A model generated the notes under the pieces. That model made no database searches. It saw only the letters and a list, made by a program, of their open reading frames with translations, and was not told the DNA's origin. Below are positions 1 to 8,194 of a DNA stretch of 20,000 nt, one piece after another. The stretch spans positions 45,246 through 65,245 of the forward strand of contig JARGFH010000012.1 in NCBI GenBank assembly GCA_029210695.1, read 5' to 3'. How positions within the stretch are numbered: the stretch's first letter is position 1; every line of letters begins with the position of its first letter. Position numbers and translations under genes: made by a program. This DNA comes from Acidimicrobiia bacterium. GTDB taxonomy: Bacteria; Actinomycetota; Acidimicrobiia; Spongiisociales; JAHEDJ01.

Positions 1-2
1 AG

Positions 3-1322
3 AAACTCCGCGAGGAGCTCGACAGCCAAGCGGTCGAAGATGGCGTCGACCGGGTGCGCTTGATCAGCCCGATCGTCCAGAACCTCGACGGATATGAACG
101 CACCCGGCAACTCGAGCAACGAGCAGGAGCCGATGGCGAGAAAGGTCCGTCTGACGTGGCCGACGATGCAGCAACCGATCAGCTGCTCCGGGTCAGCCAG
201 GCCCCGACTGTGTTCCTTCCTAGCGGTCAAGGGGGTCGCCTGATGGTGTCGGGGTTTCCCCACCGCTTCCGGCAATTCGGGCCGGCCGGGCGCGAGACGC
301 TCCTCGAGGCAGCCTCCGCCTGGGGCGTCGCTCAGCGACACGTGTCGGGCGAGCTGTTCCCTCTCTTCGCCGCTAATCAGCGCAGGGGTCTCCGCTCCGG
401 ATACGACGCCGGCGACATCTCGCCACATGCTCCCCTTTTCCTCGGTGCCGGCCTTTACCAGCGAATGTACGAGCGGCGGGCCCTGCGAACCCGGCGTAGC
501 TACGCGGTATCGCTGCTCATCGACGGATCGGCCTCCATGCTGCAGCCCCGCCCGCTCACCAGCACCGGTGGCCGCACAGCTCCGTGGGGACTGGCGGCTG
601 CCACGCTGGGGGCCTGGACGCTGGCCCGACTGTGCGATGAGCTTCAGATCGATTTCGAGGTGGCGCTCTTCAACCGGTCATTCAGCGCCCGGTCGGACGA
701 CTCGGAGTGGTCGTTCTCGCGCCGCAGGAGCCAGGCAACGGGGGGATTGCGTCGATCCCAAGGGCAGGCGGCCGATCGCCTGACGAATACCATCAACCAT
801 TACCTGGTCAAACCATTCAATGCTCGCTGGCGCACTTCCGAGGATCTGCTCGCCGGGTTGTTCTTTGCAGCTTCCCATCCGACGCGGGCGTCGGCAGAGG
901 CGCGCAAAGCTCCCCACGATTCCCCGCCGGTCGGCATGTTTGAGAAGGCCGCCAACGTCGACGAGTTCAACCTCAGCTACGCAGCGCAGCGCCTGTCGCG
1001 CCTGGGCGCGACAGTCCGTGTCCTCGTCGTCCTGGCCGACGGCATGACCCGGGGTTCGCTCGAGTCGCTGGCCCGCTCGGTCGAAGCGGTCGAGCAAACC
1101 GGGACGACGGTCCTCGGAATAGGAATCGGAGACGACACGGTTCAGGTGGCCTACGGACGCCACCAGATCGTTGAGCGCCCGGACACACTGGCCGCGGCCA
1201 TGGTCGACGGAGTACGCACCGCGTTGAGAAGGAGCCTGGCACTGTCCGGCCTGGATGAGTGGTGGACCCGGGCCGGAACAAGAGAACACATGAGCGCATG
1301 GAAGGAGAAACCCGGTGCCTAG
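3..1322 (+). CDS. VWA-domain protein, CobT/NorD-like C-terminal VWA (5'-partial, begins before the window)
   Basis: The frame of ORF 54..1322 is open back to position 3 (KLREELDSQAVEDGVDRV). MIDAS motif SLLIDGSASM (DxSxS), CobT-like ANVDE, VLVVLADG and VLGIGIG strands. Overlaps the downstream AAA+ gene by 8 nt. Confidence 0.85.
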   Translation, partial: KLREELDSQAVEDGVDRVRLISPIVQNLDGYERTRQLEQRAGADGEKGPSDVADDAATDQLLRVSQAPTVFLPSGQGGRLMVSGFPHRFRQFGPAGRETLLEAASAWGVAQRHVSGELFPLFAANQRRGLRSGYDAGDISPHAPLFLGAGLYQRMYERRALRTRRSYAVSLLIDGSASMLQPRPLTSTGGRTAPWGLAAATLGAWTLARLCDELQIDFEVALFNRSFSARSDDSEWSFSRRRSQATGGLRRSQGQAADRLTNTINHYLVKPFNARWRTSEDLLAGLFFAASHPTRASAEARKAPHDSPPVGMFEKAANVDEFNLSYAAQRLSRLGATVRVLVVLADGMTRGSLESLARSVEAVEQTGTTVLGIGIGDDTVQVAYGRHQIVERPDTLAAAMVDGVRTALRRSLALSGLDEWWTRAGTREHMSAWKEKPGA

Positions 1323-2307
1323 GACCGTTGTATTCACAGATCCGAGTGGGGATGGACCGCCGATCGAACTCGAACAGTTCGTGGTGCCGAAGGACCTGCC
1401 GGACCATGCGCACCGGGTCGGCAAGATACCGGAACCAGATCCCCATTATGTCGACCTCGGGATGCTCTACCGCTTTGCAGCCATGGAGGACGTCCGTAAG
1501 CGTTTCCCTGAGGGCTACCAGCCGCTTCACCTGGCGGTCCGGGGCCATATGGGTACCGGCAAAGACCACGACATCGAGCAGTTCGCGGCGATGCTTCGCC
1601 TCCCGTACTACCGGGTCCCTCTGACGGGCGAGGTTCGAGACGTGACGCTGATTGGTTCGACACTGCTGCACGGAGACGGCAAAGGGGGAACGGAGAGCCG
1701 ATGGGAAGACGGCGAGATCACCCGGGCACTGCGCGGCCCGGCTTTGGTCAACCTGTCCGAGCTGAACGCAGCCGGGGCAGAGACCCTCTTCGCATTGCAC
1801 GGCCTCCTCGACCGATATGCTGCGCTCGATCTCCCGACGGGCGAAACCGTGCGCTTGCGTGACGATGTCCGTTTGTTCGGAACAATGAACCCCACCGACT
1901 TGCGCGATTACGCCGGAACGCAAACACTCAACAAGGCATTCGCCGACCGCTGGGTGATCTGGGAAAAGGCCTTCCCTATCGTCGATCAGATTCGCGCCAT
2001 GATCGAGCGCCGCTACCCGTCGATGTCCGAGCCGTTCAGTGACGCCATCAGCCGGTTGGCAGCCGAGGTGAACGCCTCGTTCACGGCCCCCGACGTCGCC
2101 ACGAGGGTCGAGTCGCCGATGAGCCTGCGAACCGTGCTCGACCGGGTTCCGACCGGGTTGCGCGTGTATGCGGATGCCGACGATCCCCTCCGCAAGGCGT
2201 GGGAGGAGTTTGTTCTGCCGCAGATCGATGCCTTCGATCGGGACCATTACGAGACCGTGTGGAGCGCGGTTGTGCGCAAGGGACCAAAGGGACCGGCTTT
2301 CCGGTAG
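1315..2307 (+). CDS. MoxR/CbbQ/NorQ/CobS-type AAA+ ATPase with non-canonical Walker motifs (330 aa)
   Basis: Walker A GHMGTGKD, WEDGEITRA segment, Walker B-position LVNLSELN, sensor-1 GTMNP-x-YAG, Arg finger AFADRW, C-terminal SLR. GAAGGAG RBS near 1300; coupled to the VWA gene. Confidence 0.9.
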   Translation: MPRTVVFTDPSGDGPPIELEQFVVPKDLPDHAHRVGKIPEPDPHYVDLGMLYRFAAMEDVRKRFPEGYQPLHLAVRGHMGTGKDHDIEQFAAMLRLPYYRVPLTGEVRDVTLIGSTLLHGDGKGGTESRWEDGEITRALRGPALVNLSELNAAGAETLFALHGLLDRYAALDLPTGETVRLRDDVRLFGTMNPTDLRDYAGTQTLNKAFADRWVIWEKAFPIVDQIRAMIERRYPSMSEPFSDAISRLAAEVNASFTAPDVATRVESPMSLRTVLDRVPTGLRVYADADDPLRKAWEEFVLPQIDAFDRDHYETVWSAVVRKGPKGPAFR

Positions 2308-2348
2308 CCACCGGCGCCACCATCGGATTCTCGATCGGGACTCTCGAG

Positions 2349-2816
2349 TCAACCCGCTCGCCTGGTCGAGGCCGGCCCGTATTCGTTGAACCAGGTCTCA
2401 TAATCCGGTACGGCAAACCCCGCCACGGAGAGCACGTAGTAGGCGCCGAACGGGCCAATGAACGGAATGGAACGGAGTCCGTCTTGTTGATCAGGGAAGT
2501 CCCCCAGCGACTGGATCCAGCGTCCGACGGAACCGAACTCGGCTTTCCGTTCTACCAGTAGTTGCGCCGCCCGGCCGACGGCGGCGATCTTGCGCTGGTT
2601 GCCGATCACGCCGGGCGTCGCGCAGAGGCGCTCAATGTCACGATTGGTCAGTGCGGCCACGTCGACCGCCGAGAACCGACCGAAGGCCAGTCGTATCGCC
2701 GCCCAGTTGCGGTCGACGACCGCCCAGGACAGTCCTGAAGCGAAGATCGCCCTTGCGAACAACTCGAGGAACTGGTCAATCGTACGGATGTTGCGGGCTG
2801 TGAGATCAGCCGGCAT
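2349..2816 (-). CDS. Short DNA-3-methyladenine glycosylase I (Tag-like) family protein (155 aa)
   Basis: Motifs AIFASGLSWAVV, AFGRF, GVIGNQRKIAAV, EFGS and FIGP match the Tag family. The ATG at 2816 has a GGAGG RBS (cctcc at 2822-2826 on +). Confidence 0.8.
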   Translation of the reverse strand: MPADLTARNIRTIDQFLELFARAIFASGLSWAVVDRNWAAIRLAFGRFSAVDVAALTNRDIERLCATPGVIGNQRKIAAVGRAAQLLVERKAEFGSVGRWIQSLGDFPDQQDGLRSIPFIGPFGAYYVLSVAGFAVPDYETWFNEYGPASTRRAG

Positions 2817-2844
2817 ATCAACCTCCATCTCGTGTCTGCTCTCG

Positions 2845-2866
2845 AACATACGAGAAGGGTGGGACA
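2845..2866 (-). promoter_or_regulatory. PafBC/RecA-NDp-like DNA-damage promoter for the Tag-like gene
   Basis: Minus strand reads TGTCCC-ACCCTTCTCG-TATGTT, i.e. TGTCNN-N10-TANNNT, upstream of a DNA repair gene. Confidence 0.6.
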
Positions 2867-2911
2867 GTTCTTCGAGTTGACTACCGTTACTCAGCCGCAA
2901 CGAAGGAACTC

Positions 2912-4009
2912 ATGCGACCGTACGCGATCGGGGATCCCGTCCTCGAAGAAAAAGTCAACGAACTCGTAGAAGCTACGGGCGCCGACACCGCCAACGCCGA
3001 CCTCATCGGCGAGATCGTCACGACCGCCCTCAAACTGCACCGCGATGTAGCCGATCGCGGTGACCTCAAACTGCTCAACACAGCCCTCAAGGAGATGCGC
3101 TACTCGATGCTCGTCTTCTCTCGCCATCGCGAAATACCGAAGGTGACGATCTTCGGATCGGCGCGCACCGAAGCGCACGATCCCAACTACCTGCTGGCCG
3201 TGGAATTCGCCGGGATCATGGCCCATGATCGAGCCTGGGGGGTCATCACCGGTGCCGGCCCCGGCATCATGGAGGCCGGCAACAAGGGAGCCGGACTCGA
3301 TGCTTCCTTCGGCGTCAATATCCGGTTGCCATTCGAGTCGGACGCCAATCAACATATCGAGAACGACCGGGTCATCAACTTCAAGTACTTCTTCACCCGC
3401 AAGCTCGGATTTGTGAAGGAGTCGCATGCCTTCGCCCTGTTCCCGGGCGGTTTCGGGACCATGGATGAGACATTCGAACTCCTGACATTGATCCAAACCG
3501 GCAAGAGCGATCTCCACCCGATCGTCCTGCTCGAGGCGGAAGGCAACTCATACTGGGAGGAATGGCAGCGTTTCGTCGAGGAAAACCTCGTCGCCAACGG
3601 CATGATCACGGTCGACGACCTCAGCCTGTACAAGATCACGAGCAATCCCCTTGAAGCTGCCGACGAGATCTGTCGGTTCTACGCCAACTACCAGTCACAG
3701 CGCTATGTGAAAGGCATGCTGGTCCTGCGAATGAACCATGCACCCGACGAAGCCCAACTCCAGCGCCTCAACGATGACTTCTCCGACATCCTCGTGGACG
3801 GCGAGATCAGCGTCATTCCTGCCACCGAGGCGGAAATCGCCGACGCGGACTCGGTCGATGCCGGACGGGTTTCCCTCCATTTCGATCGCAGAAGCTTCGG
3901 GCGACTCAGAAAGCTCATCGACGCACTCAACGATCTGGTCGACACAACTCCCCACGAGATTCATCTCCCACCCCCATATCGGGACGAACTTCCCGAGCGA
4001 CCCTGGTAG
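2912..4009 (+). CDS. LOG family (TIGR00730-type) nucleotide phosphoribohydrolase, long form (365 aa)
   Basis: VTIFGSAR, ITGAGPGIMEAGN, FKYFFTRK and PGGFGTMDE (PGGxGTxxE) motifs; GAAGGA RBS. Confidence 0.92.
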   Translation: MRPYAIGDPVLEEKVNELVEATGADTANADLIGEIVTTALKLHRDVADRGDLKLLNTALKEMRYSMLVFSRHREIPKVTIFGSARTEAHDPNYLLAVEFAGIMAHDRAWGVITGAGPGIMEAGNKGAGLDASFGVNIRLPFESDANQHIENDRVINFKYFFTRKLGFVKESHAFALFPGGFGTMDETFELLTLIQTGKSDLHPIVLLEAEGNSYWEEWQRFVEENLVANGMITVDDLSLYKITSNPLEAADEICRFYANYQSQRYVKGMLVLRMNHAPDEAQLQRLNDDFSDILVDGEISVIPATEAEIADADSVDAGRVSLHFDRRSFGRLRKLIDALNDLVDTTPHEIHLPPPYRDELPERPW

Positions 4010-4012
4010 CTC

Positions 4013-4028
4013 CCCGCCTCTCGGCGGG
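4013..4028 (+). terminator. GC hairpin after the LOG gene (possible terminator or pause site)
   Basis: CCCGCC-TCTC-GGCGGG directly after the stop at 4009; no U-tract. Confidence 0.35.
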
Positions 4029-4052
4029 CGGTGAGCGGCTACCATTACGCCG

Positions 4053-4793
4053 GTGCGTGAGATTCTTTCAGACCTCGTGGCAGAGCAACAATCGCTGGAC
4101 CAGTTTCTCCAGCGCGTAGCCATCCGGGATTGGGATCGCCCCAGTTCGGCTGCAGGCTGGTCGATTCGCGACACCGTCAGTCATCTGGCCACCTTTGAGG
4201 AGTACGCATACAACGCGCTGGCGGAAGGCGGATCACGGCAATCGGAAGCCAACGCCTATCCCACCGACGAGGATTTCACCCTGGCGGGCGTTCTACCCGG
4301 CCGAGCCATGCGAGCTCAAGACGTCATCGAATGGTGGCGTGGGGCGAGAGCCAAAGTAATCGAAGAGCTGTCGAGGATCGCCCCCACCGTCCGCGTCCCG
4401 TGGTTCAAAGCCGACATGAGCGCCCGGACGTTCGCGACGGCCCGTCTGATGGAGACCTGGGCCCACGGCCTCGACATATACACCTCCGTCGGCGAGGAGT
4501 GCGAAGACACCGTCAGATTGCGCCATATCGCCTGGCTGGGTTGGAAATCGCTGCCGTACGCCTTCGAGTTGGCCGGTGAGGAGTACTCCAAGCCGGTGCG
4601 GATCGAAGTCCTAGGCCCGCAGTGGTCGAAATGGATCTTCGGACCGGAGGACACCGACCAGGTGATCAAAGGCCAGGCCGGCGAGTGGTGCCGGGTCGCC
4701 GTGCAACGCATGAATGCCACCCAGGCGGGTTCCCTCAAAGCCCAGGGCGAGATCGCCGAAACCGCGCTGCGGGTCGCCCGCGCCTACATGTGA
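4053..4793 (+). CDS. TIGR03084-type metal-binding protein (mycothiol-dependent maleylpyruvate isomerase/DinB superfamily, 246 aa)
   Basis: DLVAEQ...W..PS.AAGWSIRDTVSHLA, TARLMETWAHGLD and RLRHIAWLG motifs. TACCAT -10 at 4040-4045 suggests a leaderless GTG start. Confidence 0.88.
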   Translation: MREILSDLVAEQQSLDQFLQRVAIRDWDRPSSAAGWSIRDTVSHLATFEEYAYNALAEGGSRQSEANAYPTDEDFTLAGVLPGRAMRAQDVIEWWRGARAKVIEELSRIAPTVRVPWFKADMSARTFATARLMETWAHGLDIYTSVGEECEDTVRLRHIAWLGWKSLPYAFELAGEEYSKPVRIEVLGPQWSKWIFGPEDTDQVIKGQAGEWCRVAVQRMNATQAGSLKAQGEIAETALRVARAYM

Positions 4794-5566
4794 TCCCCGT
4801 GTTTCCTCGTCTGATCGGCATGGTTCACCTCGATCCCCTTCCGGGTGCTCCCGGGTTCAGGGACAACTTCGATGCCGTTGTCACCGCCGCTATCAAGGAC
4901 GCCGAGACCCTCAAGGCGGCCGGGTTCGATGGCCTGATGATCGAGAACTTCGGAGACGTGCCGTTCTTCGCCGAACGCGTGCCAAACATCACTGTGGCCT
5001 CCATGACCGCGGCCACCCAAGCCATTTCCGCCGCCGTTGACCTCCCGTTCGGCATCAACGTCCTCAGGAACGATGGCGATGCAGCCCTCTCGATTGCGGC
5101 GGTCACCGGCGCCTCCTACATCCGGATCAATGTGCTTTCCGGTTCGATGCAGACCGACCAGGGTCTGATCACAGGCCGGGCGGCTGAACTCGCCCGCCTG
5201 CGCCGTTCCCTGGGGGTCGAGGTAGGGATCTTCGCCGATGTCTTCGTCAAGCATGCCGCCCCGCCGGGTGGGCTTTCGATCGCCCAGGCGGCCGCCGACA
5301 CATGGGAGCGGGGCCTCGCCGACGCACTGATCGTCTCAGGAGCAGGAACCGGCGAGGAACCGGACGTCGGTGATCTCCGCCGGGTTCATGTCGCAGTCCC
5401 CGACGCCCACTTGCTGGTCGGCTCCGGCGCCCGTATCGACAACGTGGCCGGGTTGCTCGAGACGGCCAACGGAATCATCGCAGGAACGGCTCTGAAACGA
5501 GACCACGTGACCACAGCACCGGTCGACCCGGATCAGGCGCGCGCCTTCGTCGAAGCCGCCTCCTGA
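4790..5566 (+). CDS. BtpA/SgcQ family TIM-barrel protein (about 258 aa)
   Basis: LIGMVHLDPLPGAP, ENFGDVPF, GINVLRND, ADVFVKHA and IVSGAGTG motifs. GTG at 4790 overlaps the upstream stop (GTGA). Confidence 0.9.
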   Translation: MIPVFPRLIGMVHLDPLPGAPGFRDNFDAVVTAAIKDAETLKAAGFDGLMIENFGDVPFFAERVPNITVASMTAATQAISAAVDLPFGINVLRNDGDAALSIAAVTGASYIRINVLSGSMQTDQGLITGRAAELARLRRSLGVEVGIFADVFVKHAAPPGGLSIAQAAADTWERGLADALIVSGAGTGEEPDVGDLRRVHVAVPDAHLLVGSGARIDNVAGLLETANGIIAGTALKRDHVTTAPVDPDQARAFVEAAS

Positions 5567-5568
5567 TC

Positions 5569-6366
5569 ATGGAGCACATCGTCTATGAGCCGGACGGACG
5601 GATCGCCACACTGACGCTGGCGCGACCCGAAACCCGCAACGCCATCACCAACCCGGAGATGGTCGAAGAGGTCATGTCTGCCCTCCGTCATGCCGATGCC
5701 GATCCGGACATCGGCATCCTGATCATCACCGGCCAGGGCCCCGCCTTCAGTGCCGGAGGCAATGTCAAGGACATGCGGGCCGGTGTCGGCCTGTTCGAAG
5801 GCACCCCTGATGAGATAGCCGAGAAGTACCGGGCGTCGATCCAGCAGATCCCGCGCTTGATGCTGGGAACGGACCTGGTAACGATTGCGGCCGTGAACGG
5901 ACCGGCGATTGGAGCAGGCTTCGATATCGCCCTGATGTGTGACCTGAGAATCGGATCGACCGAGGCGCGATTCGCGCACACCTTCATCGATCTTGGCATT
6001 GTCCCCGGTGACGGTGGGGCCTGGTTCCTCCCCCGCGTTGTCGGTTGGCAGCGGGCGGCCGAACTCGCTTTCACATCCCGCATCGTCACCGCGGAAGAGG
6101 CAGTCGAGATGGGAATCCTGCTCGAGATGGTGGAACCCGACGACGTTCTCCCCCGGGCGATGGTGATTGCCTTGCAGATCGCAGCTAAGCCACCTCATTC
6201 GGTGCGCCTGACCAAGCGCCTGCTTCGCCATGCCCGGTCGATGGAACTCGATGGATTCCTCGACATCTCGGCCGCTCTCCAGTCGGTTAGCCATCACACA
6301 GCAGACCACCGCGAAGCAGTGGAGGCCTTCTTCGAGAAGCGCCCGGGAGATTTCAAGGGTCGCTAG
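5569..6366 (+). CDS. Enoyl-CoA hydratase/isomerase (crotonase) family protein (265 aa)
   Basis: TLARPETRNAI, AFSAGGN, IAAVNGPAIGAG and GIVPGDGG motifs; starts 2 nt after the BtpA stop. Confidence 0.93.
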   Translation: MEHIVYEPDGRIATLTLARPETRNAITNPEMVEEVMSALRHADADPDIGILIITGQGPAFSAGGNVKDMRAGVGLFEGTPDEIAEKYRASIQQIPRLMLGTDLVTIAAVNGPAIGAGFDIALMCDLRIGSTEARFAHTFIDLGIVPGDGGAWFLPRVVGWQRAAELAFTSRIVTAEEAVEMGILLEMVEPDDVLPRAMVIALQIAAKPPHSVRLTKRLLRHARSMELDGFLDISAALQSVSHHTADHREAVEAFFEKRPGDFKGR

Positions 6367-6444
6367 GCAGAGGGCCCAGGGTCGATGACCCGATCAACCG
6401 GCGGCCTCCCCTCCTGCGGGCGGAACACCTTCCGAGATCTTGCT

Positions 6445-6471
6445 TAATCCGGCCCCTGTGCCCGTTCCGTA
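6445..6471 (+). promoter_or_regulatory. SigK-like ECF sigma promoter upstream of the fasciclin gene
   Basis: TAATCC (6445-6450)-N16-CCGTA (6467-6471) resembles the ATCC...CGAA/CGTA promoters of SigK-type ECFs; AAGGAGG RBS at about 6496-6502. Confidence 0.5.
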
Positions 6472-6507
6472 CTTAGGGCGTAACAGGAACAAACCAAGGA
6501 GGTCCTG

Positions 6508-7038
6508 ATGAGACGCACATTGACCCTGGCCGTAGCCACCCTACTAGCGGTGAGCTTGCTGGCCATCCCGGTATCCGCCAAAGGAAACAAGGCGCCCGCC
6601 GGCCCCACCATTGCCCAAATCACGGAGATGCCCGGTTTCAGCACTCTGAACTTCGCGCTGAACGCAACCGGCCTGTTCGACGTGCTGGATGGTGACGGTC
6701 AGTTCACGGTGTTCGCACCCACGGACGAGGCGTTCGCGGCACTCGAGAAAGCCAACCCGGGCATCACCGCCTACCTGGTCGCCAACCCGGAGGTCTTGAC
6801 CGACGTGCTCCTCTACCACGTGACCGACGGCCGCCGCTGGTCGAACAGCGTCATCAACAGGAACAACTCGAAGTCGATCGAGATGCTCAATGGGGGCTAC
6901 GTGTGGGCGAACCCAACTGTCACCCTCACCGATAGCGACTCACTCGGCATCGGAAGCCCGGACGCAAGCATTGCTTCCCCCAACATCAATGCCAGCAATG
7001 GAGTCGTCCACGTCATCACGCAGGTGCTGATCCCCTGA
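6508..7038 (+). CDS. Secreted fasciclin (FAS1) domain protein, MPT70/83-like (176 aa)
   Basis: Signal peptide MRRTLTLAVATLLAVSLLAIPVSA; FAS1 motifs FTVFAPTDEAF, VLLYHV and ASNGVVHVITQVLIP. Confidence 0.93.
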   Translation: MRRTLTLAVATLLAVSLLAIPVSAKGNKAPAGPTIAQITEMPGFSTLNFALNATGLFDVLDGDGQFTVFAPTDEAFAALEKANPGITAYLVANPEVLTDVLLYHVTDGRRWSNSVINRNNSKSIEMLNGGYVWANPTVTLTDSDSLGIGSPDASIASPNINASNGVVHVITQVLIP

Positions 7039-7063
7039 CCCCGCCCGACACGGAGAGAATCCA

Positions 7064-7093
7064 CGAAGCCCGGGAGTCACCTCCCGGGCTTCG
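7064..7093. terminator. Intrinsic terminator hairpin between convergent genes, probably bidirectional
   Basis: Perfect 13-bp stem CGAAGCCCGGGAG-TCAC-CTCCCGGGCTTCG between the fasciclin stop (7038) and the VOC stop (7135). Confidence 0.8.
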
Positions 7094-7134
7094 CTCTATG
7101 AATTGCCCGGCGGGCCTGATCGGGAATCCCCGCC

Positions 7135-7569
7135 TCACTGGACGCAAAACTCGTTGCCCTCTGGATCTTGCATCACTACCCATCGTTCCCCGCTCTCGGC
7201 GAACTCGCCCACGACTGCACCACCTGCTCCAACGAGGAGCTCGACGTGGGCATCCACGCGGCTCCTGCGGTCTCCCGGGTCTGCATCGCCACCGCCCCCG
7301 ATGTTGATATCGAGGTGCAGCCGGTTCTTCGCCAACTTCTCCTCTGGTACCTTCTGGAAGAAGAGACGCGGGCCACGGCCCGCCGGATCGATCAGTGCCC
7401 CACGCGCATCCCACTGATCTTGGGGGATCCCTTCGGCGGCCGCCCACTCTTGCCACGACGCGAATCCAGGTAGCGGAGGTTGTTGAACGTACGCGAGGGC
7501 CAGCGCCCAGAATTCCACCAGGAGATTCACATCGTTTGCGTCGATCGTCACCTGAAATCCGTTCGCCAT
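7135..7569 (-). CDS. VOC/glyoxalase-like family protein (144 aa)
   Basis: FQVTIDA, FWALAL, PRLFFQKVPEEK, KNRLHLD and VMQDPEGNEFC motifs; AAGGAG RBS within the end of the upstream gene. Confidence 0.92.
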   Translation of the reverse strand: MANGFQVTIDANDVNLLVEFWALALAYVQQPPLPGFASWQEWAAAEGIPQDQWDARGALIDPAGRGPRLFFQKVPEEKLAKNRLHLDINIGGGGDADPGDRRSRVDAHVELLVGAGGAVVGEFAESGERWVVMQDPEGNEFCVQ

Positions 7570-7576
7570 GGCTTCC

Positions 7577-8194
7577 TCACTCCTTGTGCACAGTGAACCC
7601 GATCTTCGTGAGCAATCTCAGGAAAGCCGTGGCCGGATCCTTGAAGTTGGCCGATCTGAGCACATCATCGAAATCGCTCATGAACGCCGTCATTTGTTCA
7701 ACGATATGCGACAGCGAGATGGTGTGGAGGTCGACGTCGGAGGTCCGCCCGAACGCGACCAGGCGGGTCCGTACGGTGGCACCGCTGCAACTCGGCGTCA
7801 CGGCCACACCATGCGTCGCCACCTCATGCACTACGGATTCCAGATCGCAGCCGTATACCCACGCCACTCGCCGGATGACCGCGTGAAGGACCTGGTGAGT
7901 CGCGAGGCCCGGATTGAACTCGGCCTCACCCTGTTTCACCTCACCGATGATCACGTCGATCTGATTGTCTTCCAGGCGCAACGCAGGATCCAAGATCAAC
8001 AGCATGCGCCCTTCGGCGGTGTCGCCGGCATCGGCCGCGTAGATGTCGCCCGGAAACCGCAGTGCAAGGATGTCCACGTCGGTGAGGGTCCGGTAGGTCC
8101 CGTCCTTCGCCCTCCCCTGTATGTCGAACTCGCTGAGGGTGAGGTACCCGTTCAGGCGGAGGTATGACTCCACCAGGTTGACTGCAACGTCCAT
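7577..8194 (-). CDS. Hypothetical protein with PD-(D/E)XK nuclease-like motifs (205 aa)
   Basis: N-terminal LVESYLRLNGY helix, TDVDILA and IIGEVK motifs. ATG at 8194 lies 6 nt after CAGAAT (likely leaderless). Ends 7 nt before the VOC gene. Confidence 0.65.
   Translation of the reverse strand: MDVAVNLVESYLRLNGYLTLSEFDIQGRAKDGTYRTLTDVDILALRFPGDIYAADAGDTAEGRMLLILDPALRLEDNQIDVIIGEVKQGEAEFNPGLATHQVLHAVIRRVAWVYGCDLESVVHEVATHGVAVTPSCSGATVRTRLVAFGRTSDVDLHTISLSHIVEQMTAFMSDFDDVLRSANFKDPATAFLRLLTKIGFTVHKE

Noticed and set aside
3..2307. Calling the VWA/AAA+ pair cobT/cobS or cbbO/cbbQ
   Set aside because: Similarity is at family level only, the Walker motifs differ, and no cobalamin or Rubisco genes are nearby, so no symbol was assigned.
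973..2352. 459-aa minus-strand ORF; similarly 13848..14975(-), 15308..16420(+), 11936..13006(+) and 10510..11355(-)
   Set aside because: Antisense or alternate-frame shadows of well-supported genes, expected in high-GC DNA, with no recognisable motifs.
2842..2857. LexA SOS box upstream of the Tag-like gene
   Set aside because: Only the TCGAAC half-site is present; the second half (GAGAAG) does not match GTTCGA.
4622..4789. Upstream extension of the BtpA ORF; likewise 18780..19043 for the hydrolase and 17331..17531 for the hypothetical gene
   Set aside because: These extensions overlap neighbouring genes and lack family similarity; better-supported downstream starts exist.
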